DNA of 64,000 nt, taken from Lachnospiraceae bacterium (GTDB lineage: Bacteria > Bacillota > Clostridia > Lachnospirales > Lachnospiraceae). Shown here piece by piece: positions 17,894-28,747 of the stretch. Under the pieces are notes generated by a model. The model saw only the letters and a program-made list of their open reading frames with translations. It was not told where the DNA came from and ran no database searches. The position numbers and the translations under genes are program-made. The DNA is taken from NCBI GenBank assembly GCA_045542735.1, contig JAZQLQ010000011.1, positions 38,404 to 102,403 on the forward strand, read 5' to 3'. Every line of letters starts with the position of its first letter. The stretch's first letter is position 1.

Positions 17894-19645
17894 CTACATG
17901 CCCTCCTTCTGATATTGTGAGTCATAGATTTCACGGTATACCTCACAGTTTGTCAGCAATTCTTCATGAGTTCCAATGCCTACTATATCTCCATCATCCA
18001 GTACTACGATCTTATCTGCATACTGAATGGATGCTGTACGTTGGGATACGATAAATACTGTGGGGTTGTATGAAAGTCCCTTGATGCCTGCACGAAGCGC
18101 AGCATCCGTGGCATAATCCAATGCAGAACAACTATCATCCAATATGAGGATTTCCGGTCTTCTCACCAAGGCTCTTGCAATGGTGAGACGCTGTCGCTGT
18201 CCACCGGACAAATTGCGTCCACCCTGCCCCACCTGGGCATCCAGTCCGCCATCCTTTTTCTCTATAAATTCCTTGGCCTGTGCCACGGTAATAGCCTCCA
18301 AGATAGCATCTTCATCTGCCTCCGGTGCGCCAAATAAAATATTCTCACGTATGGTTCCCTTAAATAAAGCCGCCTTCTGTGGAACCACACCAATTTTCTT
18401 CCTCAATTCACCAATTTCATAATCTTTCACATTTTTTCCATTGACCGATACGCTTCCGACAGTAGCGTCATAAAATCTGGGTATCAATTGTACAAGGGAT
18501 GATTTACCCGAACCGGTACCACCAATGATACCAACCGTCTCACCTTTACGCACGGAAAAGTCCATATTTGTCAACACTTCTGCTCCACCACCTTCATAGG
18601 TAAAGCTTACATGATTAAACATGACGCAAGTGTCATCTTCCTTTTTCTGCTGTTCTGCTACATCCTCTGTCATATCCTCATTGGCAGATACACCCTCCAT
18701 ACCCTCAGGCACTTCCATAACTGCCTCAATACGGGATGCACAAGCCATAGCTTTGGTTAATGTCACAATGAGATTTGCCAGCTTTACAAGCTCCACCAAA
18801 ATCTGTGACATATAGTTTACAAGCGCCACCACATCACCTTGTGAAATAGCTCCGCTATCTACGCGGATTGCTCCTTGTTGCAGAAGCACAATCAAGGCCA
18901 TATTAATAATCACATAAGTTACCGGATTTAATAATGCGGAAATTTTTCCGGCGAATAGTTGAATGCCTGTCAGTGCTTTATTTTTCTCATCAAAATCCTC
19001 GATCTGTTCGTCTTCCTGATTAAATGCCCGGATCACACGGATACCGTTGAGATTTTCTCTGGTGACCAGTGTTACCTTGTCCAATCCGCTCTGTACTTTC
19101 TTATATAAAGGAATATTAGCAAATACAATACCAAATACAACCACAGACAAAATAGGGATTGCCACGGCAAAAACAACCGCCGCCTTACTATCCACATAAA
19201 ATGCCATAACCATAGCACCAATGACAATAAAAGGTGAACGCAAAAACAAGCGAAGGAACATATTCACTCCGCTTTGTACCTGATTCACATCACTGGTCAT
19301 ACGGGTAATCAAGGTAGATGTACCTACCCTATCCAGCTTGGAATAACTTAGTTTCTGAATATGGGAAAACATTGCAAAACGCAGTTTCCTTGCGAATCCG
19401 GTGGCTGCTTTCGCCGCAAAAAATTGTGCAGTGATAGCACAAACCAAACCGATAATTCCCAGCAATATCATAACCAAACCCATAGACAAAATGTGGTTCT
19501 TATCCTGATTTTCAATTCCCGCATCAATGATAGAAGCCACCACCAACGGGATAAACAACTCAAAAGAAGCTTCCAACATCTTAAATAAAGGTGCCAGAAT
19601 ACTCTCTTTTTTATAATCCTTTAAATATTTCAACAAGCTTTTCAT
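17894..19645 (-). CDS. ABC exporter, fused permease/ATPase (heterodimer subunit A)
   Basis: Six-TM domain plus Walker A GGTGSGKSS, signature LSGGQRQRL and Walker B LILDDSCSALD. The start overlaps the VanZ stop in an ATGA. Confidence 0.9.
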   Translation of the reverse strand: MKSLLKYLKDYKKESILAPLFKMLEASFELFIPLVVASIIDAGIENQDKNHILSMGLVMILLGIIGLVCAITAQFFAAKAATGFARKLRFAMFSHIQKLSYSKLDRVGTSTLITRMTSDVNQVQSGVNMFLRLFLRSPFIVIGAMVMAFYVDSKAAVVFAVAIPILSVVVFGIVFANIPLYKKVQSGLDKVTLVTRENLNGIRVIRAFNQEDEQIEDFDEKNKALTGIQLFAGKISALLNPVTYVIINMALIVLLQQGAIRVDSGAISQGDVVALVNYMSQILVELVKLANLIVTLTKAMACASRIEAVMEVPEGMEGVSANEDMTEDVAEQQKKEDDTCVMFNHVSFTYEGGGAEVLTNMDFSVRKGETVGIIGGTGSGKSSLVQLIPRFYDATVGSVSVNGKNVKDYEIGELRKKIGVVPQKAALFKGTIRENILFGAPEADEDAILEAITVAQAKEFIEKKDGGLDAQVGQGGRNLSGGQRQRLTIARALVRRPEILILDDSCSALDYATDAALRAGIKGLSYNPTVFIVSQRTASIQYADKIVVLDDGDIVGIGTHEELLTNCEVYREIYDSQYQKEGM

Positions 19646-20148
19646 AGGTTACTCCTGCTTTTTTCGTTTCCGGTACACATCCGATATATCCGACGTATAA
19701 CTAAAAATATGCCAAATCCCAGTATACCGCCTAATGTATTCAATATAATATCATCCACATCAAAGGCACCAAAATGGCTGACCAACTGAAACAGTTCCAG
19801 ACATAAAGACAACCAAAAACTGTGTAATAGTATTTCCCACCACCGGTCTGCATTGCGGAATGCACTGGGAATTAAAACCCCCAATGGTATAAACACCAAC
19901 ACATTACCAAACAGGTTGTCAAATCCGTTCAGGCTATGATAATACTTCAAATACATCCGTATGGTCTTAAAAGGTGTCAAATTTGCGGTTGCTACACCCA
20001 TCTTGGCATTGCTTAGTTCCCACTCATCCATAATACTTTTTAACATAGGTATGGGATATTTAAAGACTATCAACCAGATCAAGACCACCAAATATACGAC
20101 AAACAATATACGTGAAATATATATGATCTTACGATTTCCCTTTTTCAC
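19642..20148 (-). CDS. VanZ-like family membrane protein
   Basis: A 4-TM small protein with the VanZ-type motifs FIPLG and NTLGGILGF. GTG start, with AGGAGA 12 nt upstream. Confidence 0.7.
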   Translation of the reverse strand: MKKGNRKIIYISRILFVVYLVVLIWLIVFKYPIPMLKSIMDEWELSNAKMGVATANLTPFKTIRMYLKYYHSLNGFDNLFGNVLVFIPLGVLIPSAFRNADRWWEILLHSFWLSLCLELFQLVSHFGAFDVDDIILNTLGGILGFGIFLVIRRIYRMCTGNEKSRSNL

Positions 20149-20178
20149 AATGTTTTAATATCTCCTAACTACTTCTAT

Positions 20179-20922
20179 CTAATAACGCACCCACTGTAAG
20201 GTCAAGCCCTTTGCGGGTACCATTTCTCCCGCCTTTGCGCGCTCCTTTGCCGCAAGAATATCCTGCATCTGTTCCGGCTGTTTCTTACCGGCACCAACCT
20301 CCAACAAAGTACCGGTCATAATACGGATCATGTGAAATAAAAACCCGTTGCCACGATAGGTAAATCGGATTTCATCTTCCACTTCCTCAATTGTGATGTC
20401 ATAGATATTTCTGACCGTGGATTTTTTCTTAATTTTCTTGCCGCAAAAACTTTGAAAATCATGTTCACCCAGAAATGCAGCCGAAGCCTTACGCATGGCA
20501 TCTACATCCAATGCCTTTTCTGCACCATAGGCATAGACAAAGCGTCTCTCAAATACATTAGGAACCTCAGCCACACACACACGATATGTATAACACTTCT
20601 CCAACGCATGAAACCGGCTGTGAAACGCATCTGACGCACGTGTCACCTTTGTCACCGCAATATCATCCGGCAAATATTCATTCATATAACGGCAAATCTC
20701 CGCCTCCGACATGTCGGTATCCAAATGGGCATTCGCTACCTGACCTTTGGCATGCACACCGGCATCGGTTCTTCCCGAGCCAATAACTGTCACTTCTTTC
20801 CCTGTCATACACTCTAAGATATGCTCCAGCTTTCCCTGTATGGTATTATTTTTGTCTACCTGCTTTTGCCAACCCGCATAACGGGTTCCGTCATACTGTA
20901 TCAAAAACTTAAAATTTGCCAT
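20179..20922 (-). CDS. truA: tRNA pseudouridine(38-40) synthase TruA
   Basis: Catalytic Asp motif GSGRTDAGVHA, 247 aa. Confidence 0.9.
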   Translation of the reverse strand: MANFKFLIQYDGTRYAGWQKQVDKNNTIQGKLEHILECMTGKEVTVIGSGRTDAGVHAKGQVANAHLDTDMSEAEICRYMNEYLPDDIAVTKVTRASDAFHSRFHALEKCYTYRVCVAEVPNVFERRFVYAYGAEKALDVDAMRKASAAFLGEHDFQSFCGKKIKKKSTVRNIYDITIEEVEDEIRFTYRGNGFLFHMIRIMTGTLLEVGAGKKQPEQMQDILAAKERAKAGEMVPAKGLTLQWVRY

Positions 20923-21906
20923 TTAGTACACCTGCCAGGGATTTTCCTTACCTTCCATAAATAAAATACAACTCTTGATAGAATCCCGTACAACAGTCTG
21001 TGTACAATTATCTGTATAGAACGCCATATGATGTGTTACAGTCACATTGGGCATTGCACGGAGAATACCGATGCTGCGGTTGCTCAATACATCATTTTTG
21101 TGATCATAATAATAAAGCCCAAACTCATTCTCCACCACATCCAGGCCGGCACCGCCGATTTTGCCGCTTTCCAAGCCTTCAATCAATGCCTCAGAATCAA
21201 TGAGACCACCTCTGGCAGTATTGATGAGCACCACGCCATCCTTCATCTTGGCAATGCTTTCCTTATTAATCATATGGAAATTCTCGTCGGTCAAGGGTGT
21301 ATGGAATGTTATGACATCTGCGTCAGTATAGATTTTCTCCAAATCTACATACTCTGCATACTGTTTTACCTCTTCTTTTTCATATAAATCATATGCTAAA
21401 ATCTTGCATCCGAATCCACTTAAATTCTGTACCACAGTTTTTCCAATATTTCCGGTGCCAATGACTCCAATGGTCAAATCCTTCATTTCTCGTCCCTGAT
21501 TGCCCATAAGAGTATAATCCTGCAAATCTCCACGTTGTAATATTCTCTTTGCCTTACGGATGGTCATAAGCATCAGCATCACGGTATAATCAGCCACTCC
21601 GTTTGGTCCATAGGGAGAGTTACTTACATGGATGCCGTATTTCTCACAGGCAGCCCTGTCAATATGATCATAACCGATGGTACGGGTAGCAATATATTTT
21701 ACTCCCACGCCTGCCAAAGCCTGAATCAACTCTTCTGTCATTTTAGAGGTAATAATATCAATTGCCTCCGATCCTTCTGCTAAATGAATATTATCCATGC
21801 TTGGCGCATCGGGACAACATACGATTTTTACGCCGGTCTCCTGCTCCATCTTGCGGAAATTATCCAGTTCATCAAAAGGTCTGCAATTAAATACTGTAAT
21901 CTTCAT
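20923..21906 (-). CDS. D-isomer-specific 2-hydroxyacid dehydrogenase (D-lactate dehydrogenase/VanH-like)
   Basis: NAD motif VIGTGNIGK and the VADYTVMLMLM and TARGGL motifs. I set the start at MKITVFNC (21906), which has a GAAGGA RBS. Confidence 0.85.
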   Translation of the reverse strand: MKITVFNCRPFDELDNFRKMEQETGVKIVCCPDAPSMDNIHLAEGSEAIDIITSKMTEELIQALAGVGVKYIATRTIGYDHIDRAACEKYGIHVSNSPYGPNGVADYTVMLMLMTIRKAKRILQRGDLQDYTLMGNQGREMKDLTIGVIGTGNIGKTVVQNLSGFGCKILAYDLYEKEEVKQYAEYVDLEKIYTDADVITFHTPLTDENFHMINKESIAKMKDGVVLINTARGGLIDSEALIEGLESGKIGGAGLDVVENEFGLYYYDHKNDVLSNRSIGILRAMPNVTVTHHMAFYTDNCTQTVVRDSIKSCILFMEGKENPWQVY

Positions 21907-21941
21907 GATACCCATCCTTCTTTCTGTTCTATCTCTCACTC

Positions 21942-22523
21942 TTACAATAATGTCTCAATGTACGTATAGATTTCGTCCCTTCCCTGCTTTGTCAATGCAG
22001 AATAAGGCATGATAACAGCTGTAGAGGGAGCTCCCAGTCCCACTCTTACCATTTTCAAGTGCTTGTCCACCTGAGAACGCTTGATCTTGTCCAACTTAGT
22101 AGCAATAATAACCGGCTCATAGCCCTGTGCCAAGATCCATTCATACATCTGTTTATCATTAGCTGAAGGCTCATGGCGGATATCAATGAGCAAGAATACC
22201 GCCTTCAACTGCTTCGAGGTATGGAGATATCGCTCAATCATCTTTCCCCATTTTGCTTTGACCTCTACGGAAGCATTGGCATAACCGTATCCCGGCAAAT
22301 CTACAAAATACAATTCTTCATTGATATTATAAAAATTGATTGTCTGGGTCTTACCGGGCTGCGCAGACGTTCTCGCATAATTTTTACGGTTCATCAGACC
22401 GTTAATCAAAGAGGACTTTCCTACATTACTCTTTCCGGCAAATGCAATCTCCGGCAGGGCATTATCCGGCAAAGCACTGGTAATCCCACATACAATCTCT
22501 AAATTTACACTTTTAATAACCAT
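21942..22523 (-). CDS. engB: ribosome biogenesis GTPase EngB/YsxC
   Basis: G1 motif GKSNVGKSSLIN and G3 motif DLPGYGY. I set the start at MVIKSV (22523), which has a GGAGGA RBS. Confidence 0.9.
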   Translation of the reverse strand: MVIKSVNLEIVCGITSALPDNALPEIAFAGKSNVGKSSLINGLMNRKNYARTSAQPGKTQTINFYNINEELYFVDLPGYGYANASVEVKAKWGKMIERYLHTSKQLKAVFLLIDIRHEPSANDKQMYEWILAQGYEPVIIATKLDKIKRSQVDKHLKMVRVGLGAPSTAVIMPYSALTKQGRDEIYTYIETLL

Positions 22524-22565
22524 ACTTATCCTCCGTGGCATCCATAGATACCAACTGTACGCATG

Positions 22566-22596
22566 AAACGCCGCCATATCATCTACGGCGGCGTTT
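22566..22596 (-). terminator. hairpin between clpX and engB (a weak terminator or processing signal)
   Basis: A 10-bp stem aaacgccgcc/ggcggcgttt. The U-tail on the minus strand is short. Confidence 0.4.
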
Positions 22597-22601
22597 GCAA
22601 C

Positions 22602-23855
22602 TTATCTAGCTTTTTTTAACACTTCACGATGAATGATCTCCGGCTCACTTTCGCCCAAAACCGCGCCTTTTGTAATAATACATGTTGCGATTGTATCATC
22701 GGATGGAATACGGTACATAATGTCCATCATGACACGTTCAATAATGGAACGAAGTCCTCTGGCACCTGTTTTTCTCTCCATTGCCAAGGCAGCAATGGCT
22801 CTTACCGCATCCTCTTCAAAAATGAGTTCTACCTCATCCATTTCAAACAATTTCTGGTATTGCTTAATCAGTGCATTCTTGGGCTCGGTCAAAATCTTAA
22901 CCAAAGCTTCCTCATCCAAGCCTTCCAGGGAAATGGTAATGGGTACACGACCAACGAACTCAGGAATCAATCCATATTTTACCAAATCCTGTGCAGTCGC
23001 TTCTTTTAAAAGTGCACCTACATCCTTATTGCTCTTGCTGACAATCTGTGTGTTAAAACCAATTGCCTTTCTGTCCAAACGAGCCTCAACCACTTTTTCA
23101 AGTCCGTCAAAAGCTCCGGCACAGATAAACAAAATATTGCTTGTGTCAATCTGCAAAAGTTCCTGATGGGGATGCTTACGTCCACCCTGAGGGGGTACGC
23201 TTGCAACCGTTCCTTCAATAATCTTAAGCAATGCCTGCTGTACACCTTCACCGGATACATCTCTGGTGATGGATACATTCTCGCCTTTCTTGGTAATCTT
23301 ATCAATCTCATCGATATAAACAATACCAAGCTGGGCTTTCTCAATGTCATAATCTGCTGCCTGAATCAGCTTCAACAAAATATTCTCTACATCTTCGCCT
23401 ACATAGCCTGCTTCTGTCAAAGTAGTAGCATCTGCAATGGCAAAGGGCACATTGATAATCTTTGCTAAAGATTGTGCCAGATAGGTCTTACCGGAACCGG
23501 TAGGTCCTACCATGATAATATTACTTTTTTGCAATTCTACATCCAGGTTTTTATCTGCCGTAACCCTTTTGTAATGATTGTATACTGCGACAGAAAGAGT
23601 TTTCTTTGCATCATCCTGACCGATGACATACTCATCCAGGAATTCTTTAATCTGAATGGGTTTTAAAAGATTGATCTCCATCTTTTCATCCAGAAACTCT
23701 TCCTCAAATTCCTCTTCAATGATCTCACTGCAAAGATCTACACATTCGTCACAAATATACGCCCCATCCTGGCCGGCAATTAATTTTCTTACCTGCTCCT
23801 GGGTCTTATTACAAAAAGAACATCTGATTTTATCCTGTGGGGTTCTTCCTGCCAT
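22602..23855 (-). CDS. clpX: ATP-dependent Clp protease ATP-binding subunit ClpX
   Basis: N-terminal zinc finger CSFCNK...CDEC and Walker A GPTGSGKT. Confidence 0.97.
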   Translation of the reverse strand: MAGRTPQDKIRCSFCNKTQEQVRKLIAGQDGAYICDECVDLCSEIIEEEFEEEFLDEKMEINLLKPIQIKEFLDEYVIGQDDAKKTLSVAVYNHYKRVTADKNLDVELQKSNIIMVGPTGSGKTYLAQSLAKIINVPFAIADATTLTEAGYVGEDVENILLKLIQAADYDIEKAQLGIVYIDEIDKITKKGENVSITRDVSGEGVQQALLKIIEGTVASVPPQGGRKHPHQELLQIDTSNILFICAGAFDGLEKVVEARLDRKAIGFNTQIVSKSNKDVGALLKEATAQDLVKYGLIPEFVGRVPITISLEGLDEEALVKILTEPKNALIKQYQKLFEMDEVELIFEEDAVRAIAALAMERKTGARGLRSIIERVMMDIMYRIPSDDTIATCIITKGAVLGESEPEIIHREVLKKAR

Positions 23856-23873
23856 TTGTAAGCTCCTGTTTCT

Positions 23874-24476
23874 TTATTTCTGCTCTGCATCAGCTTCTCT
23901 GTTGGTTACAATACGGTCTACAATGCCGTATGCCAGAGCTTCTTCTGCACTCATCCAGTTGTCTCTTTCGGTATCTGCAGCGACTACCTCAATATCTTTT
24001 CCGGTATTTTCTGCCAAGATACGGTTTAATCTGTCTTTTGTCTTTAAGATATGCTTTGCTGCAATCTCAATCTCGGTTGCCTGACCTCTGGAACCGCCGG
24101 AAGGCTGATGAATCATAACCTCCGCATTGGGAAGAATCAATCTCTTGCCTTTTGTACCACCGGCTAAAAGGAAGGCTCCCATGCTGGCTGCCATACCCAT
24201 ACAAATAGTGCTGACATCACATTTGATATACTTCATCGTATCATAAATAGCCATGCCTGCAGTTACACTACCACCGGGAGAATTGATGTAAAGGTGAATA
24301 TCCTTATCGGGATCTTCTGCCTCTAAAAACAACATCTGCGCAACAATCACGTTTGCTGACACATCTGTCACTTCTTCTCCGAGGAAAATAATTCTGTCTT
24401 TTAAAAGTCTTGAATAGATATCGTAAGAACGCTCTCCACGGCTTGTCTGTTCAATGACATAAGGTACTAAGCTCAT
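23874..24476 (-). CDS. clpP: ATP-dependent Clp protease proteolytic subunit ClpP
   Basis: Catalytic Ser in GMAASMGA and His in MIHQPSGG. Confidence 0.97.
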   Translation of the reverse strand: MSLVPYVIEQTSRGERSYDIYSRLLKDRIIFLGEEVTDVSANVIVAQMLFLEAEDPDKDIHLYINSPGGSVTAGMAIYDTMKYIKCDVSTICMGMAASMGAFLLAGGTKGKRLILPNAEVMIHQPSGGSRGQATEIEIAAKHILKTKDRLNRILAENTGKDIEVVAADTERDNWMSAEEALAYGIVDRIVTNREADAEQK

Positions 24477-24507
24477 TTGAATTCCTCCTTGTCATATTTT
24501 CTGATTA

Positions 24508-25794
24508 TTATTTTTCTTTTGCATTCTCTGTTACAAACTCTGCTGCTTTTGTAACTGCCAAGTCTTTCATAATCTCTTCTTTGCCGGCATCACCGATCAT
24601 CTCTTTTACCTGATCTGCTTCCATCTTGTAAGCTTCTGCCAGTCTTGCAACTTCTTTGTCGAAATCTTCTTCGCTTGCTTCGATCTTCTCAGCTTCTACA
24701 ATTGCTTCCAATACCAATCTGGACTGGATTCTCTTTAATGCCTGAGGTTTGATCTGCTCTTCTAACATAGCAATGTTGCTACCTGTCAACTGCATATACT
24801 GCTCAAAGGAAAGACCCTGCATCTGGATACGCTGTGCAAATTCATCAACCATCTGTCTCTGAACTGTTGCAACATAAGCATCGGGAATTTCCATCTCAGT
24901 TGCTTCGATCACTGCCTCGATAGCTGCCATTTCTTTTTTATCTTTTGCGTCTTTTTCTTTTCTTTCTACAATGTTTTTCTTAACATCTTCTTTGTATTCA
25001 GCCAAAGTATCAAACTCGGAAACTTCAGATGCAAATTCATCATCCAACTCAGGAAGTTCTTTTTCTTTGATATCTTTGATTGTTACCTTAAATAAAGCAG
25101 GTTTGCCTGCAAGATCAGGTGCATGGTACTCTTCGGGGAAAGTTACATTTACATCAACTTCTTCACCGATGTTTTTACCGATTAACTGATCTTCGAATGT
25201 ATCAATGAAGGAATGGGAACCGATAACTAAATCATAGTCCTCACCTTTACCGCCTTCAAATGCGACACCGTCAACAAATCCTTCAAAATCGATAACTGCT
25301 GTGTCTTTATCCTGAACAGGACGACCTTCTACGGATTTGATACGTGCATTGTTTTCTCTTTCTCTGTCGATAACTGCATTGATTTCATCTTCTGTTACTT
25401 CTGTGTCAACTTTTTCAATCTTCACACCTTTGTATTTGCCCAGTTTTACTTCGGGTTTTAATGCAACAGTTGCAGTAAATACGAAATCTTTACCAACCTC
25501 TAAAGTAACTACATCGATTTCAGGAGAAGAAACGATTTCTTCATCACATTCATCATATGCTTTTTCGTATGCTGTAGGAATTACAGAGTTTGCTGCCTCT
25601 TCTAAGAAAACACCCTTACCATACATTTTTTCAATCATCGCTCTGGTAGCTTTTCCTTTACGGAAGCCGGGGATGTTGAAGCTGTTTTTATTTTTCTGAT
25701 AAGCAGCTTCGATTGCTTTTTCCATCTGCTCTGCAGGTACTTCAATGGTCAGTTTTGCCATATTTTTTTCTAATTTTTCAACTTTTACGCTCAT
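24508..25794 (-). CDS. tig: trigger factor
   Basis: Ribosome-binding motif PGFRKGKATR with a central FKBP-type domain. I set the start at MSVKVEKLEK (25794), which has a GGAGGAAAA RBS. Confidence 0.95.
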   Translation of the reverse strand: MSVKVEKLEKNMAKLTIEVPAEQMEKAIEAAYQKNKNSFNIPGFRKGKATRAMIEKMYGKGVFLEEAANSVIPTAYEKAYDECDEEIVSSPEIDVVTLEVGKDFVFTATVALKPEVKLGKYKGVKIEKVDTEVTEDEINAVIDRERENNARIKSVEGRPVQDKDTAVIDFEGFVDGVAFEGGKGEDYDLVIGSHSFIDTFEDQLIGKNIGEEVDVNVTFPEEYHAPDLAGKPALFKVTIKDIKEKELPELDDEFASEVSEFDTLAEYKEDVKKNIVERKEKDAKDKKEMAAIEAVIEATEMEIPDAYVATVQRQMVDEFAQRIQMQGLSFEQYMQLTGSNIAMLEEQIKPQALKRIQSRLVLEAIVEAEKIEASEEDFDKEVARLAEAYKMEADQVKEMIGDAGKEEIMKDLAVTKAAEFVTENAKEK

Positions 25795-25915
25795 GTTTCT
25801 TAATTTTCCTCCTAAAAACTCTTGTAAGTATCTGTACATACTCACAGTCATTTTAGCATTATAGCACAACACGCAGGAAAATACTAGCATTTTTTCCTTG
25901 CAAATTCATCGCATT

Positions 25916-26164
25916 TTATTGCTTTTTTCCGTAAATCACCTTAGATGTAATTCCTTTACACATTCCCAATTTACCGGACAGGGCATTGATCTTTTCTTCC
26001 GGCGCATCCACAACTACACTGATGACATTCACGCCCTCTTTCACGCGGGGAAGTCCCATTCTGCCCACAATATATTCACCGGCTTCATGTAAAATATTAT
26101 TCATGCGCTCAACCGATTCCGCCTCTTCTACAATAATCCCAATCAATGCAATTCTGGTTTTCAT
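25916..26164 (-). CDS. TM1266-like small ACT-fold protein (family annotated as putative iron-only hydrogenase system regulator)
   Basis: The pattern IALIGIIVE...MNNILHE...IVGRMGLP...VISVVVDAP...INALSGKLG matches my memory of TIGR03959/TM1266. The ATG overlaps the upstream stop in an ATGA (26161-26164). Confidence 0.6.
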   Translation of the reverse strand: MKTRIALIGIIVEEAESVERMNNILHEAGEYIVGRMGLPRVKEGVNVISVVVDAPEEKINALSGKLGMCKGITSKVIYGKKQ

Positions 26165-27546
26165 TTCTGTAGGTTCCATATATTACCTCCCAACAAACCG
26201 GCATCCGTTTCATCATGTGTTGCCACAAGCATGGTTCTTCCATTTCTATACCGGTTTATAAAATCCGCCGTTTTTCTTTTATTCTCCTCATCCAAACCTG
26301 CAAAGGGCTCATCTAACAGTATGATAGTGTCTTTATCATACATGCGATAAAGCAAAGTTCGAAGCAGTGCCACTCTTCGCTTCATTCCCCCACTCAAAGA
26401 TGAGGTCTTTTGATATAAACACTCTGAAGGCAAAATTTCTTCAGCAATTTTTGATACTTCTTCTATAGAGTATCCCTTGTCTTTATTAGTTGACATAATA
26501 TTCGTTATGGTAAATTCATTTTCCAACAACCGGTTTTCTTGAAATAAGTATGACACATCTGCCACTGTTATCTCACCTTCATCCGGTTGTTCCAATCCTG
26601 CCAACATCCGCAACAGGGTTGTCTTACCGATTCCGGACTCACCCATCAATAAGATACAGTCACCGGCATTAATATTCTTTGATATTTCGGACAAAACCCG
26701 GTTATCTCCAAATGCTTTGGACACTTGACGAATTTCAATCCCAACCGGCTGACCGGATACATCCGCTGCCACTTTTTCTCTCCCTTGCCTATTTTGCAAT
26801 TTATGCACACCGACCGGTCTACGGCAGAGTTTCAGCAAACACAAAATAATTTTTTCCATACAAAAACTTAACACAATCAGGGCAAGCGTCCATGCAAACA
26901 GTCCCGGCGTATCCAAATATATCTTAGACATATAGATGCGTTCGCCGATGGAATACTCCGGCATACCAATCACTTCTGCTGCCGCTCCCGATTTAAATGC
27001 CATGCCGATAGATATCTCCATCCCGGAAATCAAATAGTTTGCTACAGCCGGACGATAAATATAAACCGCCTTTTTCCAACTATCCATACAAAAAACTTCT
27101 GCCATCTCTTTTAATCGGAAATCCACAGATTTTAACCCATTCTCTGTACTGACACATGCATTGGGCAATACCACAAAGAAACTAATCCATACCGACAGAT
27201 TGTCCGCTCCCTGCCAGATTAAAAGTAACACTACAAAGCTTGCCACAGGTACGGATTTCATCACGGAAAGAATCGGTTCAAACACTTCCTTTGCCACGGA
27301 AAAACGATAACACAATGCCCCCAGCAAAACTCCCAAGACAAAAGCCAATACAAATCCTGTCAGAATCCGTCCCAAAGATGCCAGACAAACCTGATAAAAA
27401 CCGGTTCCTGCCATTAACTTAAGCAAGGCCCCGCTAACTTCCACGGGACCTGCCAATAAAATATCATTATCAACGATGACGGCTGCTACTTGCCATAAGC
27501 ACAGCCATATACATATTATTAAACCTTTACGAATACTCTTTTTCAT
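26161..27546 (-). CDS. ABC importer, fused permease (NitT/TauT family) and ATP-binding domain
   Basis: An N-terminal ~250-aa 6-TM permease is joined to a C-terminal NBD with Walker A GESGIGKTT, signature LSGGMKRRV and Walker B ILLDEPFAGLD. Confidence 0.8.
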   Translation of the reverse strand: MKKSIRKGLIICIWLCLWQVAAVIVDNDILLAGPVEVSGALLKLMAGTGFYQVCLASLGRILTGFVLAFVLGVLLGALCYRFSVAKEVFEPILSVMKSVPVASFVVLLLIWQGADNLSVWISFFVVLPNACVSTENGLKSVDFRLKEMAEVFCMDSWKKAVYIYRPAVANYLISGMEISIGMAFKSGAAAEVIGMPEYSIGERIYMSKIYLDTPGLFAWTLALIVLSFCMEKIILCLLKLCRRPVGVHKLQNRQGREKVAADVSGQPVGIEIRQVSKAFGDNRVLSEISKNINAGDCILLMGESGIGKTTLLRMLAGLEQPDEGEITVADVSYLFQENRLLENEFTITNIMSTNKDKGYSIEEVSKIAEEILPSECLYQKTSSLSGGMKRRVALLRTLLYRMYDKDTIILLDEPFAGLDEENKRKTADFINRYRNGRTMLVATHDETDAGLLGGNIWNLQK

Positions 27547-27567
27547 ACTTCACATCAAATTGTCCGA

Positions 27568-28578
27568 TTAACGGATGGTATAAAAGTCATCACCGGGCAT
27601 TGCTCCACCGATAAATTCAGGGTTCTGCTCATACAAAGTGGTCAGATAACCACTTAACGCCTGCTTCATTTCCTCGCCGTCAATATATGTGATGTTGCAC
27701 TTGGGCATTGCCTTTGCTGCCACCGGTGCCTTCTCTACAATACCTCTGGCTGCCACCAACTCTGCCGCCTCTTCCACATTGGTGTTGGCAAATACTGCAC
27801 TGGCTTCGTGCTCTTCCATAAAGACATCAACCGCTTCCGGATGCTCATTTAAAAACGCGGTTCTGACAACTGTAACACCGGTTACAAGACCGTTGCCGTC
27901 ATTGCACGCTTCCCATTCCGCATTGATATCCAATACAATCTGTAACTGCTCGTTCTGCGCACATGCTGCAGTCACAAAAGGCTGAGGCAACAATCCGATA
28001 CCATCCGGATTCTCTTTTAATACAGCTGCTACTTCTGTTGCTTCTGATTTATATTCCAAAGTCACTTCGCTTAAATCAATATCATGCTGAGCCAATAAAT
28101 ACTGCAAGGCATAATCCGGTGTAGTACCCTTTCCTGTCAGATAAATGGTCTTACCTTTTAAATCAGCCACAGATGCAATGGAATCATCAGCCGATACGAC
28201 ATATAAAACACCTAGGGTATTGATATCAATAACAGTAATAGCACCTTCACTTTTTTGATAAAGGTTTGCAGCCGCATTGGCAGGCAGCAACGCAATATCC
28301 ATATCGCCCTTAATCATCATAGGCATGATTTCGTCTGCTCCGGTCATCATGTTAAATTCATAATTTCCTTTTGCAGTTCCATCCTCTGCATCTTGCCACA
28401 GTTTCACAAGACCCATGGTTGTGGGACCTTTCATAGCTGCCACTCTGACCACTACATCATCCGCCGGTACTTCTGCTGCATTCTGCGCTTCCGGTTGTGT
28501 ATCCGTGCCTGCGCATCCGCAAAGAAGGCTCACAGACAGAGCCATTGTCAGTAACAATGTCATTATTTTTTTCTTCAT
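27568..28578 (-). CDS. ABC substrate-binding lipoprotein (NMT1/THI5-like, SsuA/TauA family)
   Basis: Lipobox SLLCGCAG and a periplasmic-binding-protein layout. Confidence 0.75.
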   Translation of the reverse strand: MKKKIMTLLLTMALSVSLLCGCAGTDTQPEAQNAAEVPADDVVVRVAAMKGPTTMGLVKLWQDAEDGTAKGNYEFNMMTGADEIMPMMIKGDMDIALLPANAAANLYQKSEGAITVIDINTLGVLYVVSADDSIASVADLKGKTIYLTGKGTTPDYALQYLLAQHDIDLSEVTLEYKSEATEVAAVLKENPDGIGLLPQPFVTAACAQNEQLQIVLDINAEWEACNDGNGLVTGVTVVRTAFLNEHPEAVDVFMEEHEASAVFANTNVEEAAELVAARGIVEKAPVAAKAMPKCNITYIDGEEMKQALSGYLTTLYEQNPEFIGGAMPGDDFYTIR

Positions 28579-28747
28579 GTCGACCTCCTGATTCTCCGTC
28601 GGAACGTATCCTTCGGATTATCTTTATCTAATATTGTTTACACCCTACATTTTATCACTCTTCAGGACAAAAAGATAGATTTTTTAGCCTTCTTTTGTTA
28701 CACTGTTTTTAACGTTATTATATGTTAGATTAGAGAAGAGGTTTTTT

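Noticed and set aside
19642-21906. VanZ-like gene near a VanH-like D-2-hydroxyacid dehydrogenase as a glycopeptide-resistance (van) cluster
   Set aside because: There is no D-Ala-D-Lac/Ser ligase, no VanX/VanY and no VanRS. truA separates the two genes. Both families are common as stand-alone housekeeping genes in Clostridia.
28579-28747. TPP (THI-box) riboswitch upstream of the NMT1/THI5-like binding protein
   Set aside because: The conserved CUGAGA and ACCUGAUCUGGAUAAUGCCAGCG elements are not present on the minus strand. Only an unrelated short palindrome, tccgacgga, is there.
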